Source: Verrucomicrobiota bacterium (GTDB taxonomy: Bacteria > Verrucomicrobiota > Verrucomicrobiia > Limisphaerales > CANJXF01). Taken from it: a stretch of DNA of 64,000 bases. Position 1 is the first letter of the stretch, and the number at the start of each line of letters is the position of its first letter. The position numbers and the translations under genes were made by a program. Location of the stretch: contig JAYVSV010000098.1 in the NCBI GenBank assembly GCA_043775015.1, forward strand, positions 7,501-71,500. Direction: 5' to 3'. Under the pieces are notes generated by a model. That model made no database searches and was not told the DNA's origin. It saw only the letters and a program-made list of their open reading frames with translations. Below, piece after piece: positions 52,352-61,501 of the stretch.

Positions 52352-54010
52352 TCATCGCGCGTCTCGCTCCAGCTTTTGATACGCTTCCAGTGCTTGCTGA
52401 TACTCCGCCACAGCTTCTGGCGACAACACACTCGTGTTGGTGGCGATTTCCTGTTTCATCCGCTCAACAAGCCAGGCCACTTCCTCGCGGCGTGGTCGCA
52501 ACGGCGCGGTTGAATCGTCAAACCATGACGGTGCGGTGTGGGCAAAGCGAATTCGTCCGCCATTACGTTCTTCCCAGCACCGGAGTGCGAGCCAGCTTGT
52601 GCCGGTAATTTTGACCGAGGCCTTGAACCGCGCTTCATACGCGCCGTCACTGTTGCGTTTCGTTTTCAATGGAATCGTCTGCACGGTCGCGCCGTTCGCA
52701 AGCACCTCGAGGGCGTGAACCGGTTTCTCACTCAACACAGTACCGCTGATTTTGACTCGCTGCGCTTTTCCTGAAGTCATCGCAAATTTCCCGCCTGGCA
52801 CTTCGCCATTTATTTCAGCGAGCAACATCGGTCCGGTCGTAACAAAGCTGCGACCTGCGCCCAATCCTTTGATCCAGTCGTCGTAGGTGAAACCGCGCGG
52901 GCAATGGACATACACGCGGCCAAATCCGAGCGGCACGGGATGCACGCCACTCGCTGTGCCCGCGGTGGGGCGCATCCGAAAGCCGCAGTCGAGCAGCGCA
53001 TAGTAGGTGTTCAAGGTGTAATTGATCCAATCCCGCTCCCCACCACTACGCCCCGCGTCCGGCAGACGCATGAACGCAGGCGCGGGCACGTTAAAGTTGG
53101 TAAAGCCATACTCGGTGCGCCAGAGATGGTTGTTGGCGAGTTCGTAGAGGTCAATCTGCATTACCGGCGGCAGCATGAGTGACCAATTCCAATTACATTT
53201 GTCCATGTCCAGCAACGCACCCTGCCGGTGCGCCTCTTCCGCCACCGGACGCAACGGCGGCGCGCCGAGCGTGAAGGGTTTGCGATGATTCAGGATGAAC
53301 ACCGCGCCAAGGTTGTGATCTTTGCCGCCGACGCGATAGATTTCGTATTCCGTGTTGAGGGGCCAGATGACGTGGGTGGCGTCGGCCTTGATCAGCGAAG
53401 GGGAAATTTCCGGTTCACCGGATTTGTCGCCCGGCGTGGTTGAATCTTGAGCGCCAAAGAATTTATTGCTGCGTGTGGGCCGGGTGTTGTCCTGGATGGC
53501 CCAATACGACTGCGGCAACGCGACGTTCAAGTCTTCGGCCAGCACGAGCACCGGTAGATCGGCGAGCGACCGATGCACATGGCCGTCGCCGGAGAACCAA
53601 CCGCGTGCCGCCATGTTGATCCAGCGATGCAATTCGAGTTTCACGGCGAGCGGCTTGTCGGTGACAACAACCTCTTTCGTTAACGGATGATATTCCTTGC
53701 CGCGTTCGGCTATGAAGGTGTAGCGACCGGGCGGCAGTTCGACACGAAACGGATGCCCCGAGAGCGTGGTGTGAACTTCCATCGCGCGCGGATTGACCCA
53801 ATTGGTCTTGGCGTAACGAACGGCGGTGCCGCCGATGGATTCCGCGAAAAACCATTCGCCCGCGGCGCTCTGAATGTAGAGGCGCGAGGCAACGATTTTG
53901 GAGGCGTCTGTGATTTCACCCGTCACCGTTGCGCCAAGGGCTGTGCCAAACGGCGCGAGCGACAGAAAAACGGCGAGCGACAGGCGCTGTTTAATAATCT
54001 TCAACCTCAT
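52352..54010 (-). CDS. Secreted HxH metallohydrolase-like protein, paralogue 3
   Basis: Signal peptide MRLKIIKQRLSLAVFLSLAPFGTALG; RGWFSGDGHVH, LDCGFRMRPTAGTA and GRSFVTTGP. Trimmed to the ATG at 54010. Confidence 0.65.
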   Translation of the reverse strand: MRLKIIKQRLSLAVFLSLAPFGTALGATVTGEITDASKIVASRLYIQSAAGEWFFAESIGGTAVRYAKTNWVNPRAMEVHTTLSGHPFRVELPPGRYTFIAERGKEYHPLTKEVVVTDKPLAVKLELHRWINMAARGWFSGDGHVHRSLADLPVLVLAEDLNVALPQSYWAIQDNTRPTRSNKFFGAQDSTTPGDKSGEPEISPSLIKADATHVIWPLNTEYEIYRVGGKDHNLGAVFILNHRKPFTLGAPPLRPVAEEAHRQGALLDMDKCNWNWSLMLPPVMQIDLYELANNHLWRTEYGFTNFNVPAPAFMRLPDAGRSGGERDWINYTLNTYYALLDCGFRMRPTAGTASGVHPVPLGFGRVYVHCPRGFTYDDWIKGLGAGRSFVTTGPMLLAEINGEVPGGKFAMTSGKAQRVKISGTVLSEKPVHALEVLANGATVQTIPLKTKRNSDGAYEARFKASVKITGTSWLALRCWEERNGGRIRFAHTAPSWFDDSTAPLRPRREEVAWLVERMKQEIATNTSVLSPEAVAEYQQALEAYQKLERDAR

Positions 54011-54032
54011 AATTTTTTCTGAATGATGGAAT

Positions 54033-54060
54033 AAAAAAAGACCGGGCCGAAGCCCGGTCT
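54033..54060 (-). terminator. Rho-independent terminator after the LamG gene
   Basis: Minus strand reads agaccgggcttcggcccggtct followed by ttttttt. Confidence 0.8.
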
Positions 54061-54081
54061 TCTGATTGATCGAACCCGAGC

Positions 54082-56418
54082 TTACGGGATGCGGAGCCGA
54101 TAGAACTGGGCGCTGTTGGTGGCCGTAGTGTTCGTATAGCTCACCGAACCACCGTTGCCGACCAAGCCACCCAGGTAAGTCCACGTCGGCGCGGCAAGGT
54201 CGGTCTTGGAGTCCACCGCATAGAAGATTGGACTGACGGAATTCAGGTTGAAGCTGAAGTTTGAACCTGCAAGGGCAGGATTGAGGATCGTGGGCGCAGC
54301 CACGGTGAATCCGGGATCAAGCGACTCGAATTTGAAGTCGTCAAACTGCGCGAAGGCAGCGGTGGCAGAACCACCCGCGAAACAGTGGAGCGTGACGAAG
54401 TTGTTCACCTGTGCGGTCGAAAGCAGGTAAGCATCCGGCAGTGCGCCGCAACCGAGCGCCAACGGCTGACCGTTAATTTTGATGCGGAGGAGGTTGGTGC
54501 GCACCTCGAACTCGAAGGCGTAACTGGCCGCCACGGGAACACTGCCACTACCAGCGATACCGCTGGTGTTGGTCAGCCCGAGATAGCTCTGCCAGAGATA
54601 CCAGCGGCCATCACCGCTGAAGAAGTTGATGCCGGTGCCGCCGCCATCGGCGTCCGCTACGAAATGGGAAGGAGCGTTGTCGCGGAAGCGCGTGCCGATC
54701 CAAGAGTCATTGGATATGCCATTATTTGTTCCTTGCACGGTGTAGCTAATGCGGAAGCTGTTGAGATGCTCGTATTGGCGGAAGTCGCCGGTCGGTGAGG
54801 CCATGCCGATGGCTTGTCCACCGCCGGGCGAATTGGTCAGGAGCAAGGCGTTACCGGTGATCGAGACGGCGGAATTTAAGTTGCCATTGGTCGTCCAGGA
54901 AACCGGAGCCACAGGGCCGCTCTGCCGGGCGAGATTCAAGTTGAGATCGTTGGAGTCGGCGGTGTTGAAGCTGTCCAGCAATTTCAAAACGCTCGTCAGC
55001 ACCGGCAACGCTGCGGGCGGCCTGATCGTGGCGCTGAAGGCAAAGTTGTCGAAGGTGGCGCTGTTGTTGTTGTTATCGGATCCCAGCGAAAGCGTGATAT
55101 AGTTGGCCGAGGCACAGGGCAAGGTCCAGCTTCCGAGCAGCTCGCTGTTGACGAAATAAGTGATGACGTTGTTGGTGGCGATCAGTTCAACGTGATAAGG
55201 CAGGGTATTCGTGGCGGACAACTGACCAAAGGTCCAAGACGGGGGACCATTTTCAAAGCCGTGCGGAAAGACCAGGCTGGCACCGTTGGATCGGATGATG
55301 GTGTTGAATCCATCGCCCCAGATTGGTTGCGGGAGATCTATACCTTGTGGGGCGCTGCGGATGACGATGCCGGCCCAGCAGTCACCAACCTGGGTCAAGC
55401 TGGTGATGTCATACGACAGTTTGAAATTACCCGATTCGTTGGTGATGAAATTTACCTGCGGCGCAAATTCCACTGTCCTGAATCCGCTGAATCCAGAATC
55501 GATCTTGAGTTTAAGCTGGTTGTTGGTGATGGAGAGACTGTCCGCAGCGAATCCGGTGGTGAAATAGTTTGCTGTGGCGGCGGTGCCAGATTGGCGGGTG
55601 GCCAAATCCGCGTTGAGGTCCGTCGTATCCGCAGTGTTGAAATTATCGGAGAGGATCACGGGAATCCCGTATTTATTGAACAGGTAATCTTCGGTTGTGA
55701 TTTGGGCCGTCGTGCTCAGGTTGGTGTTGTAGATCAGAATCTCAGCAATATCGCCATTGAGGCCATAAGCGGTTTTGTTTTGCCGCGCACCGAACACCCA
55801 GCCGCTGATGTTGTTTGAAACGACAGTTCCTAGGGCTTTGGTTTCAAGCAATACTCCATTTTCATAGACTTTGATTGAGGTAGAATCCTCAACCACGGTA
55901 GCAATTTTCCAAGCACCCGTCGTGATTGGGGTGCCAGCACCAGCCGTGTTTGCTGCGCTTGTGAATAGATTGGTGGTTGTCGCACTCGCCAGGATATAAA
56001 GATTGGCGAAGCCGCTCGCCTGGTGGATGAGCTGGCAACGGGCAGTCGCTCCGGCGGGGAAGGTTGTTTTATAGACGATAATCGCAGTGAAGTTGGTGTA
56101 GGCGGAATTGAACGGCAGCGGGCTTTGCAGGTAGTTCAAGTTTGCGCTGACCAAACCATCCCCCGTGAAGTGCGCCACGGCGTAGCCGTTCAGGGCGTTT
56201 GTCGAATAGGTCGGCTGCTTGATGCCGGTGTTGTTGGTGGCGTGGTAGTTGCCCCCAGACGAGTCCGTCCAAAATGAAATTGGACTGGCGGCAACCGTGT
56301 TGGTAAGCCCCTCCGGCTTGAGCCAGAGTTGCAGGCCATTGGTGGTTTGGGCGTTCAGCGAACTACTTAAGCACGATAGCAAGATCGCGAGCGAAGTGAT
56401 TAATGATGGATTTTTCAT
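54082..56418 (-). CDS. Secreted LamG (concanavalin-like) domain protein with two D.FNTAD..DLN modules and a C-terminal FYRL domain
   Basis: Signal peptide. LQLWLKPEG...GDIAEILIYN is the LamG/Laminin_G_3 pattern. It ends ..SAQFYRLRIP. Confidence 0.7.
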   Translation of the reverse strand: MKNPSLITSLAILLSCLSSSLNAQTTNGLQLWLKPEGLTNTVAASPISFWTDSSGGNYHATNNTGIKQPTYSTNALNGYAVAHFTGDGLVSANLNYLQSPLPFNSAYTNFTAIIVYKTTFPAGATARCQLIHQASGFANLYILASATTTNLFTSAANTAGAGTPITTGAWKIATVVEDSTSIKVYENGVLLETKALGTVVSNNISGWVFGARQNKTAYGLNGDIAEILIYNTNLSTTAQITTEDYLFNKYGIPVILSDNFNTADTTDLNADLATRQSGTAATANYFTTGFAADSLSITNNQLKLKIDSGFSGFRTVEFAPQVNFITNESGNFKLSYDITSLTQVGDCWAGIVIRSAPQGIDLPQPIWGDGFNTIIRSNGASLVFPHGFENGPPSWTFGQLSATNTLPYHVELIATNNVITYFVNSELLGSWTLPCASANYITLSLGSDNNNNSATFDNFAFSATIRPPAALPVLTSVLKLLDSFNTADSNDLNLNLARQSGPVAPVSWTTNGNLNSAVSITGNALLLTNSPGGGQAIGMASPTGDFRQYEHLNSFRISYTVQGTNNGISNDSWIGTRFRDNAPSHFVADADGGGTGINFFSGDGRWYLWQSYLGLTNTSGIAGSGSVPVAASYAFEFEVRTNLLRIKINGQPLALGCGALPDAYLLSTAQVNNFVTLHCFAGGSATAAFAQFDDFKFESLDPGFTVAAPTILNPALAGSNFSFNLNSVSPIFYAVDSKTDLAAPTWTYLGGLVGNGGSVSYTNTTATNSAQFYRLRIP

Positions 56419-56477
56419 GGTTGGTTCAGGTTTTTTATTTTATTTTTTTATGCAGGTAGAGACTCAGGACGCCGAAA

Positions 56478-57305
56478 TTAATACCACTTAGATACAAAGT
56501 TGTTGGTTTGAGTAAGCGAACGGCTTTCAACATGGCCGTCCATAAAGACAACATTTACTCGTCCGCCGGGGGAGGTCTTGCCGTGCTTAAAACCAGCGCG
56601 ATAAATCGGCTTCCCGCCGAAGTAAATATACGCATCAAAGAATCTGCCTTCCTTCCACGGCATCGCCACAAAGCCGACATCATAAGAAACATCGGTGATC
56701 AAAAACGTATCGGATGGCTTAATGACGGAGCTGATCTTGGCGGCCTTGGAATAAACATAAGCGGCTTGGTCAGTGACATCTTTAGTCGGATCGACGGCGA
56801 TACCCGTGGCGCTGTTCATGCCGTAGCTCACCTTCCAGAGAGAAGGCCCGAACGGGCCAGGCGGAAAAGCTGGATTGTTCAACGGCTCTTTCAGGCGATT
56901 GGGGCAGGTAAAGACACTTTTGGCAAAATCGCTGGTCTCAGTGGAGTTGCCCGCACTGAACTCACCCTTCTTGATGTACGGCGTGAGCAGATACATCCAA
57001 TTGTTCTTGTTTGGGTCGAGCACGGCGGCAGCGTGCGCAAAGGGAAGTCCGTCACTGTTGTCATCTGCGTACAAAATAGTAGCGAGACCACACTGGCGCA
57101 GATTGTTTTTGCAGGCGATGCCACTGGCCTTGTCTTTTGCCTTGCTTAAAGCGGGCAGCAGCAGACCGGCAAGAATGGCAATGATGGCGATGACCACCAA
57201 CAGTTCGATCAACGTAAATGCCCGCCGACTGCGAAAGCTGGCTCTGGAGATTTTGAAAATCAACATGCTCCCAAAAAAATCATAACGTTGGCGGTGGTGG
57301 TTCAT
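56478..57305 (-). CDS. Prepilin-leader (type II secretion pseudopilin-like, DUF1559-type) protein
   Basis: [31 protein letters not shown], with a C-terminal [10 protein letters not shown]. The start may be the Met at 57266. Confidence 0.85.
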   Translation of the reverse strand: MNHHRQRYDFFGSMLIFKISRASFRSRRAFTLIELLVVIAIIAILAGLLLPALSKAKDKASGIACKNNLRQCGLATILYADDNSDGLPFAHAAAVLDPNKNNWMYLLTPYIKKGEFSAGNSTETSDFAKSVFTCPNRLKEPLNNPAFPPGPFGPSLWKVSYGMNSATGIAVDPTKDVTDQAAYVYSKAAKISSVIKPSDTFLITDVSYDVGFVAMPWKEGRFFDAYIYFGGKPIYRAGFKHGKTSPGGRVNVVFMDGHVESRSLTQTNNFVSKWY

Positions 57306-57372
57306 TAAACTTAATTGAATGTGAGAAAATACTCCCCCTCATGTTTCCCAACAATACCCCCAAAAGGGTGTA

Positions 57373-57993
57373 TCATTCGCGGAACTTCATCACCGCCTCG
57401 GTGCGTGAGCGCACATGGAGCTTGGCGTAGATGTTTTTCAAATAGGCATGAATCGTTTCCACCGACAGCCCCAGCGCCTCGGCCACCTCTTTGTTGCTGT
57501 AACCCTGCGCCACATAGCTGAGAACATCGGTTTCGCGCTTGGAAAGATTTTCCGCCGTCTTGCCTGACGCATCCTTTTGAAAAGATTGCACGACTTTGCG
57601 CGCGATGTAATTCGACATTGGTGCGCCTCCGTGTTGCACATCTTGAATGGCCTGGAGAATTTCATCCGCCGGCGAACGCTTGAGCAGGTAGCCGTTGGCG
57701 CCCATTTGCAGTGCGCGAAAAATCCGGTCGCTGTCGTCATACACCGTGAGCATGATGATGTGGGTTTTCGGCAGAAGCTGCTTCAACTGCCGCGTGCATT
57801 CCACGCCGGACATCTTCGGCAGGTTGATGTCCATTAGCACCACGTCCGGCTTTAATTTTGGCATCCCTTCAATCGCCGCTTCGCCGTTGGAAAAAACACC
57901 CAGACATTTGAACCCCGTCTTTTCTCGCAACAACGCCTGCAAGTTTTCCCGCGTCTTGAAATCGTCTTCCACAATGGCAATCGTGATGGGCAT
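57373..57993 (-). CDS. NarL/LuxR-family response regulator
   Basis: Receiver domain (EDD..., DVVLMDINLP, ..MLTVY..) plus a LuxR HTH (LSKRETDVLSYVAQGYSNKEVAEALGLSVETIHAYLKNIY). Confidence 0.93.
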   Translation of the reverse strand: MPITIAIVEDDFKTRENLQALLREKTGFKCLGVFSNGEAAIEGMPKLKPDVVLMDINLPKMSGVECTRQLKQLLPKTHIIMLTVYDDSDRIFRALQMGANGYLLKRSPADEILQAIQDVQHGGAPMSNYIARKVVQSFQKDASGKTAENLSKRETDVLSYVAQGYSNKEVAEALGLSVETIHAYLKNIYAKLHVRSRTEAVMKFRE

Positions 57994-57999
57994 AAAAAA

Positions 58000-60993
58000 T
58001 CAGGCGTTGAGGCTTTTCAACGGCACGGTGAAAAATAATTCCGTGCCGGTGGCGGGCGCGCTCTCGACCCGCAAATTTCCGCCGAGCGCGGCCAGTCGTT
58101 CGCGGATGTTGGCGAGGCCGTCCTGGCCGGGTTGCACCCCGGTCAGCGGCAAGCCCCGGCCATTGTCGGAGATGGTCACCAGCAAATCAGTTTCTGAAAG
58201 TTGCAGCCGAATCCACAGTTCCGTCGCGCCCGAATGGCGGGCCACGTTGTTGAGCGCTTCCTTCAACGCCAGAAACAAATGGTGCCGCGCCTCGGTCGTC
58301 ATCGGGTGCGCGGGCAAATCCGCCGGAATGTCCAAGCGACAACGAATGGCCGTGGGCTGAAAAAATTCGCCGGCGAAATGCGCGATGTAGTTGGCGAAAT
58401 GTTCCAGCGAATCGTTCTGCGGGTTCAACGCCCAAACGATGGCGTCCATCGCAGTCAAACTTTGCCGCGCGCTGACCGCAATTTTTTCCAAGTCCACCGT
58501 CACGGCTTCCGGCTGTGAAATATGTTTCCGTCCCAAATCCGCCAGCCAGCCAATGCTCGTGAGATTCGCGCCCAACTCATCGTGAATATCTCGGGCAATC
58601 CGGCCGCGCTCCTGTTCCAACGCATGTTGCTGTTCCAAAATTTCAATCCGCCGCTGCAACCGCCGCAACGCAAACCAGCGCACAATCAACGCCATCAGGA
58701 CGATGCTCGCCGCGACGGCCAGCGGCGGAAACCACCACGTCTGCCAAAAAAATGGCGCGACCACCAACGCGATGCCTGCCCCTTGCTCATTCCAAGTGCC
58801 GTCCGCATTGCTCGCGATGACCCGAAAGCGATGCGCCCCCGGCGACACGTTCGTATAAGTGGCGACGGCTTCCGCACTCGGCGGACTCCAGTCCGCGTTT
58901 TCGCCACCCAGCTTGTGACGGTAACGCACGCGTTCTGGCGCATCGAACTCCGGCGCGGAAAATTGAAATTCCAAAATCCGCACGCCCGCCGCCAGTTCCA
59001 AATCATTCTGCAATGGCTGGGATTCGCCGTTGCGCCGCACCCCCTCGATAAAAATGCTCGGCGGCTCATGATTACGCTTCATCGCGGTCGGCCAAAAACT
59101 GACCGCGCCTTTCACGCTCGCAAACCAGAATTGCCCGGCGCGCGTGGCGAGGGCGGCGGGTTGAAATTCTCCGTTGAATTGAAAACCGTTCAGCCCGTCA
59201 CTGTGGCCGTAGCTGAACGTTGGCAACGAAGTCCGCTTACCTTCGACGTAAGCATTCAGTTCGTGCAACTCCACGCGGAACAATCCACGGCTCGTGCCAC
59301 ACCACATCCAGCCGGAACTGTCGAGCAGCAAACTTTGAACGGCGTCATCCGGCAAGCCTGCCGCCGCCGTCACGTTTTTAAAGCGTCCATTTTTGAATCG
59401 CACCAAACCCTCGCCGGCCGTGCCGAGCCAGATGGCGCCATCATCGGCGGCCAGCATCGCGCGGATGCTTTCGCCCGCGGAATGATCGTGAGGAAAATTT
59501 TGAAATCTTCCGTTGACCAGCTTGGCCAGCGCGCCGTCTGCCGTGCCGACCCAGATGTTGCCGACGGAATCTTCCGCCACATCACGCACGGCCTTGTCCG
59601 GCAAGCCGTCGTTGACTGTGTAATGTTTCAACCGTTCGCCTTCCAGGCAATACAAGCCGTCCAAATACGATCCCGCCCAGACCCGGCCAGAACTATCCAC
59701 GCGCAGGCAATTCACAAAATGAATCGGCATCCCCAAATTCTGGGTAAAATTGCGGAAATGCCCGTCGCGCCAATAATAAAGTCCTTCGTTCTGCGTCCCA
59801 ATCCACACGCCGCCCTCGGCATCCGCCGCGAGGCACAGCGGATTGATTTCCGGCCAGCCGTCCGCCGCGCCAAAAACTTTTACCACGCCGTTGCTCCAAT
59901 AGCTCAAGCCCTGGTCTTGCGTGGAAATCCAAATCCGGTTTTGCGTGTCCTCCGCAAAAGAAAAAACGCGGTCGTTGGGCAGGCCACGATGACTGTTCAA
60001 CACTTTGAACTGACGCGCCCGGATCAAGTCCAGCCCGCCGCCCTGCGTGCCGACCCACAAATTGCCCGTGCGATCTTCCGTCAGGCACAAAATATTATTG
60101 TGCGAGGTCGGCACGGATTGAAAACGCCCGCCGAACCAGCGGAACAACCCTTTCGCGCTCGTGCCGACCCAGACTGCGCCCGCGCGGTCTTCCAGCAGGT
60201 CGCGGACATTCGCCTCGCCCACCAGCCACGGCAGCGTGGTGATTTCAGTCAGTGCCCCACCCGACTCCACGCGATAAAGACTTCCGGACGTGGACATCCA
60301 AACGCCGCCCGCCCGCGCCGGTGTGATATAAAGTGACGCCTGCAAATTCGTCGCCAAAGCGATAAATTTATTATCCCGAAAAAATCCCAACGTGCCGCCG
60401 CTCGCCAGCCAGACTGTGTTCTCGCTGTCCGTGACCAGCGTGGAAGTTCGCAATGGCCCCGGCACGGGAATGCCCAGAGATTTCATCGTGCCGGCGAAAA
60501 GTTGATCCACCTCGCCTTCCAGCGAAACCGTCCAAATGCGACCGATAGAATCCGAACAGAAACTGTAAGCGCGATGCCGATCCGGCTGGCCATCCACCGG
60601 CAATGCCTCGAAAATTCCGGCTTGCCGCGTCAGCACGCCGCCGGACTCCAGCGCCACTAACACCTTGCCGTCCGGTGCGTGGCTCATGCGCCACACGCTC
60701 ACTTTGGTCGCACCGGTCAGGCCGGGCGTGAAGCCGGAGACAAACTTGCGCCCATCAAAACGTACCAGCCCGTTGCGCGTGCCGACCCAGAGAAAACCAT
60801 CCGCCGTCTGCGCCACGCCATGCACATCGTTGTTCGGTAGGCCTTCCTCGGTTTGCCAGCTTTGATAAAAAAATCCGTTGGAAATTTCCACGGCATTGGT
60901 CTCACCGGTGGCGTGGGCGTATCTGGGAAAAAGCAGTCCCAGCCCGACCAGTAACACCAGCCCGACTGAAAAAATAAATCGGTGCAATAACAT
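58000..60993 (-). CDS. Sensor histidine kinase with periplasmic two-component-regulator beta-propeller and Y_Y_Y domains
   Basis: Repeated ..G.LW.GT..GL..F.. propeller blades, then YRHKLGGENADWS (Y_Y_Y-like), one TM, the HisKA_3 H-box RIARDIHDELGANL, and the HATPase motifs NVARHSGA / DNGRGL. Confidence 0.9.
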   Translation of the reverse strand: MLLHRFIFSVGLVLLVGLGLLFPRYAHATGETNAVEISNGFFYQSWQTEEGLPNNDVHGVAQTADGFLWVGTRNGLVRFDGRKFVSGFTPGLTGATKVSVWRMSHAPDGKVLVALESGGVLTRQAGIFEALPVDGQPDRHRAYSFCSDSIGRIWTVSLEGEVDQLFAGTMKSLGIPVPGPLRTSTLVTDSENTVWLASGGTLGFFRDNKFIALATNLQASLYITPARAGGVWMSTSGSLYRVESGGALTEITTLPWLVGEANVRDLLEDRAGAVWVGTSAKGLFRWFGGRFQSVPTSHNNILCLTEDRTGNLWVGTQGGGLDLIRARQFKVLNSHRGLPNDRVFSFAEDTQNRIWISTQDQGLSYWSNGVVKVFGAADGWPEINPLCLAADAEGGVWIGTQNEGLYYWRDGHFRNFTQNLGMPIHFVNCLRVDSSGRVWAGSYLDGLYCLEGERLKHYTVNDGLPDKAVRDVAEDSVGNIWVGTADGALAKLVNGRFQNFPHDHSAGESIRAMLAADDGAIWLGTAGEGLVRFKNGRFKNVTAAAGLPDDAVQSLLLDSSGWMWCGTSRGLFRVELHELNAYVEGKRTSLPTFSYGHSDGLNGFQFNGEFQPAALATRAGQFWFASVKGAVSFWPTAMKRNHEPPSIFIEGVRRNGESQPLQNDLELAAGVRILEFQFSAPEFDAPERVRYRHKLGGENADWSPPSAEAVATYTNVSPGAHRFRVIASNADGTWNEQGAGIALVVAPFFWQTWWFPPLAVAASIVLMALIVRWFALRRLQRRIEILEQQHALEQERGRIARDIHDELGANLTSIGWLADLGRKHISQPEAVTVDLEKIAVSARQSLTAMDAIVWALNPQNDSLEHFANYIAHFAGEFFQPTAIRCRLDIPADLPAHPMTTEARHHLFLALKEALNNVARHSGATELWIRLQLSETDLLVTISDNGRGLPLTGVQPGQDGLANIRERLAALGGNLRVESAPATGTELFFTVPLKSLNA

Positions 60994-61501
60994 TTTTTTA
61001 TCCGATATGTGACCTTTGTATATTTGCGCCAGCTGCGCTGTATTTTAGCTCGACATAAAGCGAAAAGCCAAGCTCAAGTGACCACTTTGCGGGTGCAGCC
61101 TGACATGGATAATACACCTGTTTGGGGGTGTTGCCCCAACATCCACTATGTCGTGATGATATGGTCATGGCTGCAAAAATAAAACCACTGGCCGGCGTTT
61201 CCGTCCGAAGACAAGCCAGCGGCGTCGCTTTTTTCAGCCTGCTGTTGACCGGACTGCTGCTGCCAGTCCCAAGTTTTGCTCGTCCAAACATCTTGCGCCG
61301 CTTCACGATTGATTGGGAGCGTCCATTCAATTCCAAAAGCCACGTCCTCGCCGCGCATCCCGAACTCAACGCGTTCGACGTGGTTGTCAGCGACGAGGTG
61401 CTGGTATAATCCGCCACGCCGCCCGAGTCAGCCCGTGCTGCGAAACAACACCGGCATCATCACCCGAGAAAAATAATTTCGACCAAACCCAGATTTGCCT
61501 A

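Noticed and set aside
58522-60336. 604-aa plus-strand ORF, the longest unassigned ORF in the window
   Set aside because: It is antisense to the sensor kinase, which has unmistakable propeller, HisKA_3 and HATPase motifs. Its Arg/Pro/Ala-rich composition is typical of GC-rich shadow frames.
60998-61417. 139-aa minus-strand ORF upstream of the sensor kinase
   Set aside because: It is Ser/Thr/Ala-rich with no motifs. It lies in the divergent promoter region and overlaps the slightly more plausible plus-strand RR-signal ORF.
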